From a virus (Duplodnaviria; Caudoviricetes): a stretch of DNA of 31,109 nt. The first letter of the stretch is position 1, and every line of letters starts with the position of its first letter. The stretch is taken from positions 1-31,109 of the IMG/VR virus record IMGVR_UViG_3300028629_000032, one strand, 5' to 3'. The notes under the pieces are model-generated. The model worked only from the letters and a program-made list of their open reading frames with translations. It did no database searches and was not told where the DNA came from. Made by a program: the position numbers and the translations under genes. Positions 17,801-25,762 of this stretch are shown one piece after another.

Positions 17801-18448
17801 ATGTTATGTGAGTATGGTTGTGGAAAAAAAGCAAAATATAAACTAAGATGTGGTAAATGGTGCTGTGAAAATAGTTATAATAAATGTTCTATAATAAGAA
17901 AGAAAAATAGTGTTGCTGTAAAAAGTAGTTATAATAAATGGAAAAAAAGTTGGAATAATAGAAGTAAAGATGAGCTAAAACAAATTTATAATAAAATGGG
18001 AAAGAACTCACTACAAACTAAAAATAATATAGTTAAAAATCTACCTTGGAATGATGTTCCATTGGCAGAAAAATTAAGAAGAGTTTTAAAAGAACAACAA
18101 GGAAAATGTTTATTATGTAATTTAGACAAATGGTTAGAAAAACCATTAAAATTACATATAGATCATATTGATGGAAATGGACAAAACAACAATAGAAATA
18201 ATTTAAGATATCTTTGTCCAAACTGTCATAGTCAAACTGAAACTTATTGTAAAGTCAAAAAGAGAATTTCAGATGAAGAAATAATTGAGTCAATAGAAAC
18301 AACACAGACAACAAGACAAGCATTGTTAAAAGTTGGATTAACACCAAAAGGTGGAAATTATAAAAGAATAAAAAGATTGAAGGAAAAACACAAAAAAAAA
18401 GAATATCATAAAATAAAGGGAGATATATGTAACGGAAATGAGTTCTGA
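17801..18448 (+). CDS. HNH endonuclease (free-standing homing type)
   Basis: CLLC...HIDHIDGNGQNNNRNNLRYLCPNCH. Confidence 0.9.
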   Translation: MLCEYGCGKKAKYKLRCGKWCCENSYNKCSIIRKKNSVAVKSSYNKWKKSWNNRSKDELKQIYNKMGKNSLQTKNNIVKNLPWNDVPLAEKLRRVLKEQQGKCLLCNLDKWLEKPLKLHIDHIDGNGQNNNRNNLRYLCPNCHSQTETYCKVKKRISDEEIIESIETTQTTRQALLKVGLTPKGGNYKRIKRLKEKHKKKEYHKIKGDICNGNEF

Positions 18449-18917
18449 TGACTTTATTTTTATATGTTTGCTTGTGTCTGCAATGACATATGGACTTTAT
18501 TATTTAATTCGACTATTTGTATTTATGGAAAAACAATCTAAAGAAAAAAGACAAATGTTTGAAGAATCTTTAAAAAAGAGTGAACGTGAATACGAGGAAC
18601 TAAAAGAACGGCATAGACAAAGACATGAAGAATTCATGCGTTTTCAAGAAGAAATTCATAACCAATTTGAAGAAATGAGAAGAAGAACAGAAGAAGCACA
18701 TAGAAGGGCATATCAACAAGCAACAGAAGTAGGAAGAATTCTTAATAATGATATGAAACTTCTTGAAGTTAAATATCCATTTACAATTAAACAACTCTCA
18801 AGTCAACGAAGAAAACTCAGTTTGAAATATCATCCAGATGTAGAAGGTGGTTCAGAAAAGAAAATGAAAGAAATAAACGAGTCTTATGATAGACTAAAAA
18901 AGATAGCAAAACAATGA
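18438..18917 (+). CDS. Membrane-anchored J-domain protein
   Basis: N-terminal TM, coiled coil, C-terminal LSLKYHPD...MKEINESY. Confidence 0.85.
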   Translation: MSSDDFIFICLLVSAMTYGLYYLIRLFVFMEKQSKEKRQMFEESLKKSEREYEELKERHRQRHEEFMRFQEEIHNQFEEMRRRTEEAHRRAYQQATEVGRILNNDMKLLEVKYPFTIKQLSSQRRKLSLKYHPDVEGGSEKKMKEINESYDRLKKIAKQ

Positions 18918-19684
18918 GGGAAATAATGGATGAGTTAAAGAAAAATATTCATAGAGTTCTAAACTATGATGCTCTAGACGCGGCAGAGAAATTTACAGGA
19001 GCAAGATACGAAGATAATAAAGAAACAATGGCATTGGGTTTTGCGTTACATCTTTCCAGTACGAGACTTAAAAGAGATATGTTAAAATCCATGAACGACT
19101 CATACTTTGGTTGCCCAAAAGGTGAGTTTAAAATGATCGTTGAGAGGTTCGGTTTTGAAGAAATTTTCAAACTGGATTTTTATTCAGAATCATCCAAAAA
19201 AATGGAATCTCTGAATATAATGTGGTACAAAGGTATTCTTCTAGTATATGATACATATATTGGAAATGTTAATGGGGGAAAAGCTTATTTCAACTATCTT
19301 GTAACCTCTCCATATGATGTAGCTTGTAATGGTCACGCTTTTGATCACGTTAGTGGTGGTATGGATACCAAGGAAGAGATCTGGATGAATTATAAAGGAT
19401 TTAAGTTACCAGATACATTCTTTTGCGGATGGGATCATAAAGCAGATGATAGATGGGTAAAATTTGGTGATATAGATTGTCGTCAAGGACTCATCTTTCA
19501 TCTTACAACCATGTTACAATATGGTGAGTTTTTGGAGAAGTGGGTTCGTAAACCTTTCCTTTGGATTCTTCATCATATGGACACCAAAGAAGAAGGGTAC
19601 GATTATGAAGCAATAAACAAAGAACGGATTTCATTATTTCCAAAAGAAATAATTGAAGCAATTTCACCGAAGGAGGAATTTTAA
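18914..19684 (+). CDS. Hypothetical protein
   Basis: 256 aa, ATGA overlap with the upstream gene. Confidence 0.7.
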   Translation: MREIMDELKKNIHRVLNYDALDAAEKFTGARYEDNKETMALGFALHLSSTRLKRDMLKSMNDSYFGCPKGEFKMIVERFGFEEIFKLDFYSESSKKMESLNIMWYKGILLVYDTYIGNVNGGKAYFNYLVTSPYDVACNGHAFDHVSGGMDTKEEIWMNYKGFKLPDTFFCGWDHKADDRWVKFGDIDCRQGLIFHLTTMLQYGEFLEKWVRKPFLWILHHMDTKEEGYDYEAINKERISLFPKEIIEAISPKEEF

Positions 19685-19685
19685 G

Positions 19686-20003
19686 ATGGGAAAGAAAGTG
19701 GAAGAGTTTAATCTTACCGGAGCGCAGAAAAAACAGTTTATGGCACTGAAGAAGATCAAAGACAAAATTGAGAAACTGGAAGAGGAAAAGAAAGCTCTCC
19801 AAGCACCGTTGCTTAAATTTATTCATAGTGTTGGTTTGGAAAAAGCAACACTATATGCAGGCGATGTATCAGGAAAATATGGTACATCATCAAAGAAAAC
19901 CATTCTCAAAAATCTTCTTCTTGAACATGGCATTTCTTCTGACGTAATCAATGATTGTACAAAAGCGGGTAATACCTATGAGTACATCACATTCGGAAAG
20001 TAG
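19686..20003 (+). CDS. Hypothetical protein
   Basis: ATG 19686 behind AAGGAGG. Confidence 0.65.
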   Translation: MGKKVEEFNLTGAQKKQFMALKKIKDKIEKLEEEKKALQAPLLKFIHSVGLEKATLYAGDVSGKYGTSSKKTILKNLLLEHGISSDVINDCTKAGNTYEYITFGK

Positions 20004-20370
20004 GAATGGAGCTCTATTTCCAGAAATCATTGAAGTAGAGGTAAAGTTTGAACTTCCCGATTGGTTTCCACCAGAGAGACTGAACTATGATAAATGTATA
20101 CTTTATCCAAAGGGTCATATCTGGGCGGGACAGGTTGAAAAAACTTGTTATGAGAATACAGCTCTTGATTCCCTTATGAAATTGAAGGAAATCAAAGAAG
20201 TTTGTTTTGATCCATTTGGACCATGGTTAACGATTGAATTATCTCTCCATAACAACTTCTATCTTCAAATTGGAAGATTTCAATCTAAATTACAACGATT
20301 TTTAAATCGTTATAATGAAGCTCATGGGAAACCAGGAAGGAGGGGACGTGTTAAAAGAAAATGTTATTAA
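19951..20370 (+). CDS. Hypothetical protein (start uncertain)
   Basis: Only long ORF filling the interval. Confidence 0.5.
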   Translation: MIVQKRVIPMSTSHSESRNGALFPEIIEVEVKFELPDWFPPERLNYDKCILYPKGHIWAGQVEKTCYENTALDSLMKLKEIKEVCFDPFGPWLTIELSLHNNFYLQIGRFQSKLQRFLNRYNEAHGKPGRRGRVKRKCY

Positions 20371-20617
20371 AGCTTATGAAAAAGCTGAGGAAAAGTTTTC
20401 CAAAGGAAATATTCTCAAAACTTTTGAAATAATTGAGAAGTGGAGAAATTCCGGCAAATATTGTTGTATCAATATAAAAAGTGATTACAACTACTGCTGG
20501 AGAATTGAAATCTTAGAACATCTCTCAGAGAGACACGAACCCGCCTATATAGTAGACGGGTTCGAAGATCTCTATGAAGCAGTTCTTGAGATGGATAAAC
20601 AACTCAAAAACACTTAA
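20348..20617 (+). CDS. Hypothetical protein
   Basis: GTG 20348 behind AAGGAGGGG. Confidence 0.55.
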   Translation: MLKENVIKAYEKAEEKFSKGNILKTFEIIEKWRNSGKYCCINIKSDYNYCWRIEILEHLSERHEPAYIVDGFEDLYEAVLEMDKQLKNT

Positions 20618-20630
20618 GAAAGGAGAAGGG

Positions 20631-20834
20631 GTGTCAGAGTTTGATTTAATATCAGTAGAGTCTATTTGCAGTACGTGTGCCTTTTTTCATTTCAATATCC
20701 CATGCAACTCAAGCCCCGAGAGATGTGTCAAAAAAGCAAGGATGCAAGATTCATCCTTTCATGAAAGAAGTTTCGATGAAGATGAGGAAATAATGGGATT
20801 TAATTTCAAAAAAGGTATACGAAAAGATTATTAA
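20631..20834 (+). CDS. Small Cys-rich hypothetical protein
   Basis: GTG 20631 behind AAGGAG; CSTC..C..C. Confidence 0.45.
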   Translation: MSEFDLISVESICSTCAFFHFNIPCNSSPERCVKKARMQDSSFHERSFDEDEEIMGFNFKKGIRKDY

Positions 20835-21538
20835 TTTGCAAATATATCATCAAAAACCACAGGGATTCTTGATTGAATATCTTTTAGCAGGGGAACCATA
20901 ACTTCACTCATCTGAGGATGTGGTTTCCCTGCTACACCCTGTGCTCTCATCTTAAAAATATGTCTCCATTCTCTTAAATTAGCTGATGCAACAATTTCAG
21001 TTTTCAAGGAATTTGGTAATACTGATCTTGCTTGTTGTGGTGACCAACCAGAGTGTTCTACAAGATTCAAATAAGTCATTTCACTTTCAGCAATAGATGA
21101 TAACCAATTTCTTCCTGCAGGTGTTGGGCAAGTTTCTACATCATCTACATAAAATTTATTCTGATATGGATCTACTCTATAAATTCCTTCTTCAAGTTTC
21201 AACCAAGGTGGAATAATATATGTAACATGACCACCAAAACCATCACCAGAGTAATTACAAAATCTAGTTGATTCCTGACTATATGCAACTAGACGATGCC
21301 TCACAAGTTCATGTGTTACACCACGATCTACAATGAAACGAACACTTAAACTATAATGTTCAATTGTAGATTCATGACCACGTTTAATTAATCCTGTCAC
21401 AAATTTTTTTGTTTTTTCAAAATCTCCAATTTGATGCTCAGACTTATAACAGGTTCTGGCTGCTCGTTCTAAATGTTTAAGAATTACTTCACTATTAATT
21501 TCACTTTCAATTTCATAATAGGGCTTAATTAATCTCAC
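20831..21538 (-). CDS. thyX: Flavin-dependent thymidylate synthase
   Basis: GHESTIEH, HELVRHRLVAYSQESTRF, ARSVLP, NLREWRH. Confidence 0.95.
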   Translation of the reverse strand: MRLIKPYYEIESEINSEVILKHLERAARTCYKSEHQIGDFEKTKKFVTGLIKRGHESTIEHYSLSVRFIVDRGVTHELVRHRLVAYSQESTRFCNYSGDGFGGHVTYIIPPWLKLEEGIYRVDPYQNKFYVDDVETCPTPAGRNWLSSIAESEMTYLNLVEHSGWSPQQARSVLPNSLKTEIVASANLREWRHIFKMRAQGVAGKPHPQMSEVMVPLLKDIQSRIPVVFDDIFAN

Positions 21539-21789
21539 AATCCAACTCCTTTCTTTTTCCAGTTGTATAAACCAACAAAATTAAATGCAAGTAAAAAGAG
21601 AGCTTCAGATAAGAAGAAATATGTATCTTTTCCATATGCAAACATAGACCACAGAATTTGTGCAGCAACTAATATCCATAGTCCATATCGCTTAGGAATT
21701 GATATTACAACTACTCCCCATATGGTAAGGATAGTAGCAAGAAACTCTATTGTAATTAAAATATCATGGATTAAAAATTCTTTCATCAT
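21535..21789 (-). CDS. Small 3-TM membrane protein (PnuC-like half)
   Basis: Three hydrophobic segments ending GLYNWKK. Confidence 0.55.
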   Translation of the reverse strand: MMKEFLIHDILITIEFLATILTIWGVVVISIPKRYGLWILVAAQILWSMFAYGKDTYFFLSEALFLLAFNFVGLYNWKKKGVGL

Positions 21790-22016
21790 TCTTCATCATT
21801 CCCCATGTAATAATCAAACATTCCTATACCAAAATCTCTTTTTCTTTCTAGTGCATTTTCCATATTTCTTGCCATGTCATTAGCTACGTCTATTAATTCA
21901 AAAATATGCTTCTTAGTATCATCATTCATATCTGAGTTTAAAACTAAGTATCTTATTTTATTATGCACTCCACATATAACTCTATATTCTTCTCCCCTAA
22001 CAACATATATTTTCAT
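21786..22016 (-). CDS. Hypothetical protein
   Basis: 76 aa, GGGGG RBS. Confidence 0.55.
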   Translation of the reverse strand: MKIYVVRGEEYRVICGVHNKIRYLVLNSDMNDDTKKHIFELIDVANDMARNMENALERKRDFGIGMFDYYMGNDEE

Positions 22017-22050
22017 AGTACCCCCATTCGTTATTCACGAATAACAAATG

Positions 22051-22128
22051 TGGTGCCCCAGGTAGGATTCGAACCCACAGCGACGAGGATTTAGAGCCCT
22101 CCGCTCTTACCATTTGAGCTACTGGGAC
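22051..22128 (-). tRNA. Amber suppressor tRNA (anticodon CUA)
   Basis: GTCCCAG/CTGGGGC acceptor, GCTC/GAGC D-arm, GAGGG-CTCTAAA-TCCTC anticodon arm, GTGGG-TTCGAAT-CCTAC, A-CCA. Confidence 0.9.
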
Positions 22129-22134
22129 ACACTT

Positions 22135-22443
22135 TCACAATTCTAATATTTGAAGTTTTTTAAATAAATCTTCACTTCCTGTGACCGTTGCTAATGCAGT
22201 CATTTCATTATTCAAATCTGGTTCTCTAAACGATGCATGAGCAATTGATTTCTTATGGAGCTTATGATCCCACCATCCAAGTTCATTAACATCTTTAACA
22301 CCCAAATAAACTAGAATTCCATTATCCCAGCTATAAAGATGTTTATATGGGAACTTAAGAAGAAACTCCGCTATTGCATGACCCGCTTGAACTGCTTGCT
22401 GAATGTTCGTTAGATCTTTCCGAACTAGGACATACATTTTCAT
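22135..22443 (-). CDS. Peptidyl-tRNA hydrolase PTH2-like protein
   Basis: KMYVLVRKDL...QAVQAGHA...FREPDLNNEMTALA; start reassigned to ATG 22443. Confidence 0.8.
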   Translation of the reverse strand: MKMYVLVRKDLTNIQQAVQAGHAIAEFLLKFPYKHLYSWDNGILVYLGVKDVNELGWWDHKLHKKSIAHASFREPDLNNEMTALATVTGSEDLFKKLQILEL

Positions 22444-22717
22444 ATCGTTCTTTCCAGTATTGTTTTGTTTTGTCAATGAACTTTCTGTCTGGCTCATTTC
22501 CTTCGGAGGGACGTTCGATTTCATTATATTCTCTTCCCCTCAATTCACAGTAAGCGATGTGGTTGTGACGAAATTCCCATTTCAGCTTGAGAATTTCATA
22601 TTCTAGAAATGATAATGTATAATTTTCTCTTTTATCAAGTTTTCTATGATCTTTATAAAACCTGATCTCTTTTGCCCAATCTTTTAGTTGATTTTTTAAT
22701 TCAATGTATTTCTTCAT
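22355..22717 (-). CDS. Hypothetical protein overlapping the PTH2-like gene
   Basis: AGGAGG RBS; FRHNHIAYCELRGR; 89-nt overlap. Confidence 0.7.
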   Translation of the reverse strand: MKKYIELKNQLKDWAKEIRFYKDHRKLDKRENYTLSFLEYEILKLKWEFRHNHIAYCELRGREYNEIERPSEGNEPDRKFIDKTKQYWKERYENVCPSSERSNEHSASSSSGSCNSGVSS

Positions 22718-22735
22718 TACTCTATCCTCCTAGTT

Positions 22736-22804
22736 TTATTTACCTTTTTTAGTTGATAAATAAAAATATGGAGGAGCTCTTTGTTTATCAAAACCCTACG
22801 TCAT
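22736..22804 (-). CDS. Putative leader peptide with in-frame amber codon and RAPP motif
   Basis: GGGGGTG RBS; ATG ACG TAG GGT TTT GAT AAA CAA AGA GCT CCT CCA TAT...AAA TAA. Confidence 0.55.
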
Positions 22805-22816
22805 AATAATCACCCC

Positions 22817-23092
22817 CTATTTAGAAAATTTCCTCCGCTTCATTTCAGCAGAGATTTCAGCTCTAAGTCTTTGAATTTTATCATATTCTTTTATTGCTTT
22901 CGTTCTAAATCCCGTCCCAGTAAGATAATTGAGAATTATCTTCAATTTATATTCTGGTGTCGAACTAATTGGACCCATATAATTTCTAAGTTGCTGTAAA
23001 CACCATTCAGGTCTAACATTCCACTGACCAATTAACTGTTGCCTGGTTTTCTGCCATTCAGGATCTTTAACAATTTCTTTTATATTTTGCAT
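22817..23092 (-). CDS. Hypothetical protein
   Basis: 91 aa, GAGG RBS, TAG stop in frame with the leader ORF. Confidence 0.65.
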   Translation of the reverse strand: MQNIKEIVKDPEWQKTRQQLIGQWNVRPEWCLQQLRNYMGPISSTPEYKLKIILNYLTGTGFRTKAIKEYDKIQRLRAEISAEMKRRKFSK

Positions 23093-23925
23093 TTTATATC
23101 CCTCATTAATTCTTCCATAGATGGAATATAATCTCTATATCTTATAAATTTCCACCCCAAGTTTTCTAGATCATCCTGTCGTTTCTTATCTGAATCTTCG
23201 TTTTGATGCCAATAAGAACCATCATATTCAATTGCAATCATATGTTCTGGAATAGCAATATCAATACATCTATTTACTTCTTCAACTGGAAAATTTAATA
23301 TCGAATTTGAATATATGGATGCAATCAACTCATACAATTTTACTTGTGGTTTAGAAGGATTTTTAATAAACTTATTTAAATAAGCAGCTCCACCATTTAT
23401 CATCCACTCTCTATGTTCTTTATAAAAAGATATTCTATTTGGATGATTCTTCATTTTATTTATTGTTTCTGAAGAATGATGCTTTCCGTAAAATGGGTTA
23501 TCTGAGCCACAAAATTTTCCTTTCCTAGATTCACTAATATTCTTTCTATGTTCATCTGATTTTTTCTTTCCTGTTAACGCATTTTTTATATTAATAACTT
23601 GCTGAGGGGTTCTCTTTTTTCCTTTTAATCCTAATATTAGTTTTTGTTTAGATTCTTCAGATAAATAACCATGCTTACCTTTGTTCCATGGATCTTTTCC
23701 AATTTTAGAATCACTCATTCTTTTTCTTGATTCTTCAGTATGTTTTTTACCTTTATTTGATTTTGATATTCTACTTCGTCTTTCTTTTGAAAATTCTTTT
23801 CCTATATTTCCTAAACTATTTTTTAATCTTATATGTGGGCATTTTGTAAATATGTATTCACAACACAATTTTCCATTTTTAAGTTTAAATTTACCAATTT
23901 GACCGCATCCATAACTACATAACAT
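23080..23925 (-). CDS. Putative homing endonuclease: NUMOD3 repeats plus Vsr/DUF559-like nuclease
   Basis: GKKHTEESRKRMS, NPFYGKHHSSET, IDIAIPEHMIAIEYDGSYWH. Confidence 0.85.
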   Translation of the reverse strand: MLCSYGCGQIGKFKLKNGKLCCEYIFTKCPHIRLKNSLGNIGKEFSKERRSRISKSNKGKKHTEESRKRMSDSKIGKDPWNKGKHGYLSEESKQKLILGLKGKKRTPQQVINIKNALTGKKKSDEHRKNISESRKGKFCGSDNPFYGKHHSSETINKMKNHPNRISFYKEHREWMINGGAAYLNKFIKNPSKPQVKLYELIASIYSNSILNFPVEEVNRCIDIAIPEHMIAIEYDGSYWHQNEDSDKKRQDDLENLGWKFIRYRDYIPSMEELMRDIKCKI

Positions 23926-23933
23926 TATATTAT

Positions 23934-24266
23934 TTACTCCGGAGTATAAGTTTCAATTTTTAAATTTTTTTCTTCCATTTGTTTATCAAGTTCTTTTTCA
24001 ATATCATATATACCCTTGATAATCATGGAAGCTTTAAGCTTATGCCATACTTGAAACTCTTTTGTTTTAACCATTCTTTCAAATGCTACTTTTTTGTTTT
24101 GTAATTGATCTCTATGCTCCCTCGATTCTCCAACTGCACCAGATTCTCTATGAATGATTCTTACACCAGTCTCTCGTTTATTTTGATTTTGACCACCCTT
24201 TCCACCTGAGCGAAAAGTTTGAATTTCAAGATCTTTTTTAGTTACTGAAAACAATAGTTCTTTCAT
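23934..24266 (-). CDS. Class-I release factor GGQ-domain protein (ArfB/PrfH-like)
   Basis: RSGGKGGQNQNKRETGVRIIH...RDQLQNKKVA; 110 aa, no codon-recognition domain. Confidence 0.88.
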   Translation of the reverse strand: MKELLFSVTKKDLEIQTFRSGGKGGQNQNKRETGVRIIHRESGAVGESREHRDQLQNKKVAFERMVKTKEFQVWHKLKASMIIKGIYDIEKELDKQMEEKNLKIETYTPE

Positions 24267-24279
24267 ATATTTGTTCCAA

Positions 24280-24726
24280 TTAAATATGCGGAAGAGTATT
24301 AATAATCTGATACAGCTCCATCTTACATGACATATGTGTCATGAAATCTCCCCAAAGAGAACTAATAAATGTTTTATCTACATACCAAAGAACTGCCACA
24401 CCTTCAACACATCCTGGTTTGATAGAATCATAGTGAGCAATAATGTGATCGCTAAGAAGACCAGTAATATTTCTAATAGCTTGAATATCTTGTTTAATAA
24501 GACCTTCTGTTTCATATTTTTTCATCACTCCATTAACAACTTGATCCAAATCAGAAAGAGAAACATCACAAATAAGACCAATATACATTGGCCATCCCTT
24601 CATTTGATATTTTCTAACTATTAGTGGAGAATAATTCTTTTCTAATAATCTGGTTGATACCTGCGAGTCATCCATCGTTCCTACACGTTCTATTTTCTCT
24701 TTTTTACTCATAAATACACCTTTCAC
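24280..24726 (-). CDS. Hypothetical protein
   Basis: 148 aa; start may be 24711. Confidence 0.6.
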   Translation of the reverse strand: MKGVFMSKKEKIERVGTMDDSQVSTRLLEKNYSPLIVRKYQMKGWPMYIGLICDVSLSDLDQVVNGVMKKYETEGLIKQDIQAIRNITGLLSDHIIAHYDSIKPGCVEGVAVLWYVDKTFISSLWGDFMTHMSCKMELYQIINTLPHI

Positions 24727-24758
24727 TTTTATAGTTTATTCTCAGGAATAGTTTTAGA

Positions 24759-24774
24759 TTCTATATATATTAAT
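24759..24774 (+). promoter_or_regulatory. Conserved 16-mer, putative promoter (copy 2)
   Basis: Exact TTCTATATATATTAAT. Confidence 0.75.
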
Positions 24775-24780
24775 AACCAA

Positions 24781-24921
24781 TGGAAGTGATGAGTCTTATA
24801 TAAAAATATAAAATACCGACAAAAAGAGTGTACCTGGAAACTACACTCTACAAATCGGTGCCTTTTTCAGGAGAGGTAAGCGGCGGATAGCATGCAATCC
24901 TTCGCGGACTCCTCACTTCCA
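24781..24921 (+). ncRNA. Multi-branched structured RNA or 5' leader
   Basis: TGGAAGTGA-T-GAGTC pairs with GACTC-C-TCACTTCCA, enclosing up to four hairpins. Confidence 0.6.
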
Positions 24922-24957
24922 GGTTAAAACAATTTTACTACGGCAAGGAGAAAATAT

Positions 24958-25113
24958 ATGAGTGAGATAGAAAAGAGAATTGTGAGAATGAATATTCCAA
25001 AACCTTTTCTAGCAGAAATTTACTACAACAACAATGAAGAAGAAAGTAATTACGAGTTTCTATCGTTAACTGCGGTAATACACAAACTAATATTTTTCAG
25101 ATCTAATTCTTAG
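24958..25113 (+). CDS. Small hypothetical protein (51 aa, not in ORF track)
   Basis: GCAAGGAG RBS; MSEIEKRIVRMNIPKPFLAE... Confidence 0.5.
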   Translation: MSEIEKRIVRMNIPKPFLAEIYYNNNEEESNYEFLSLTAVIHKLIFFRSNS

Positions 25114-25126
25114 GCAAGGAGGTTTT

Positions 25127-25420
25127 ATGAGACAAAGATTCGACATTGAGTTAGATCATATGACTTCCAGTGTTCCTCTAACTGGAAGAATTGTGATCTT
25201 GGAGTGGAAGAGTGTTGATGATCCTCTTCCTAAAATATATAACACAAGATTTGAAATCAAGGAAGGTGTTTATTCTTTCTCTGCTGACAAAGAGAAAGGA
25301 ACAGATTCTATTCCTATGATTTCTGAATCTTTCTGTCAACACCTGCGAGATGTACTTCGTGCAATCTACGACACAATAAACTTCAAGTCAACCCACTACC
25401 TCTGGAATTTGGAGGATTGA
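25127..25420 (+). CDS. Hypothetical protein
   Basis: AAGGAGGT RBS. Confidence 0.65.
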   Translation: MRQRFDIELDHMTSSVPLTGRIVILEWKSVDDPLPKIYNTRFEIKEGVYSFSADKEKGTDSIPMISESFCQHLRDVLRAIYDTINFKSTHYLWNLED

Positions 25421-25421
25421 T

Positions 25422-25733
25422 ATGAATCCAGAAATCAATTACTTTGATCCAAATGTCTTGAAGGCTGAAGCAGATCTCCTTCTCAAGCTCCAGGAGAGAA
25501 AAAATGGGGGTCTGGGTGTGTCATGTGTCAAAACCATTGCAGCATATCTTCAACTTGAAAGATTCGATACTGCAAGGCAAGTTCGTCAACTCGAAGGTGA
25601 CAAAACCAGGCAATACGAAGATATTGAAAACGAACTTCGTAGATTCTTTGGTTGTCGGATTCATGGAAAACACGATTGTCAAGACTGGATATGTCAAACG
25701 AAGACTTATTATCCCCCAGTTCCGGAGAAGTAA
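25422..25733 (+). CDS. Hypothetical protein
   Basis: GGAGG RBS; C-terminal CxxH..HxCxxxxC. Confidence 0.65.
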   Translation: MNPEINYFDPNVLKAEADLLLKLQERKNGGLGVSCVKTIAAYLQLERFDTARQVRQLEGDKTRQYEDIENELRRFFGCRIHGKHDCQDWICQTKTYYPPVPEK

Positions 25734-25762
25734 ATAATTTACGAAGAAAGGAGGGCAGTTAC

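Noticed and set aside
22051-22128. tRNA-Pyl or tRNA-Arg(UCU) reading of the CUA tRNA
   Set aside because: It has a canonical D-loop GG, TTCGA loop and 5-bp anticodon stem, unlike tRNA-Pyl; shifting the register to UCU breaks the anticodon stem
24815-24867. tracrRNA-like ending TCGGTGCCTTTTT, or retron msr-msd
   Set aside because: Only a short resemblance; no cas gene, array or reverse transcriptase in the window
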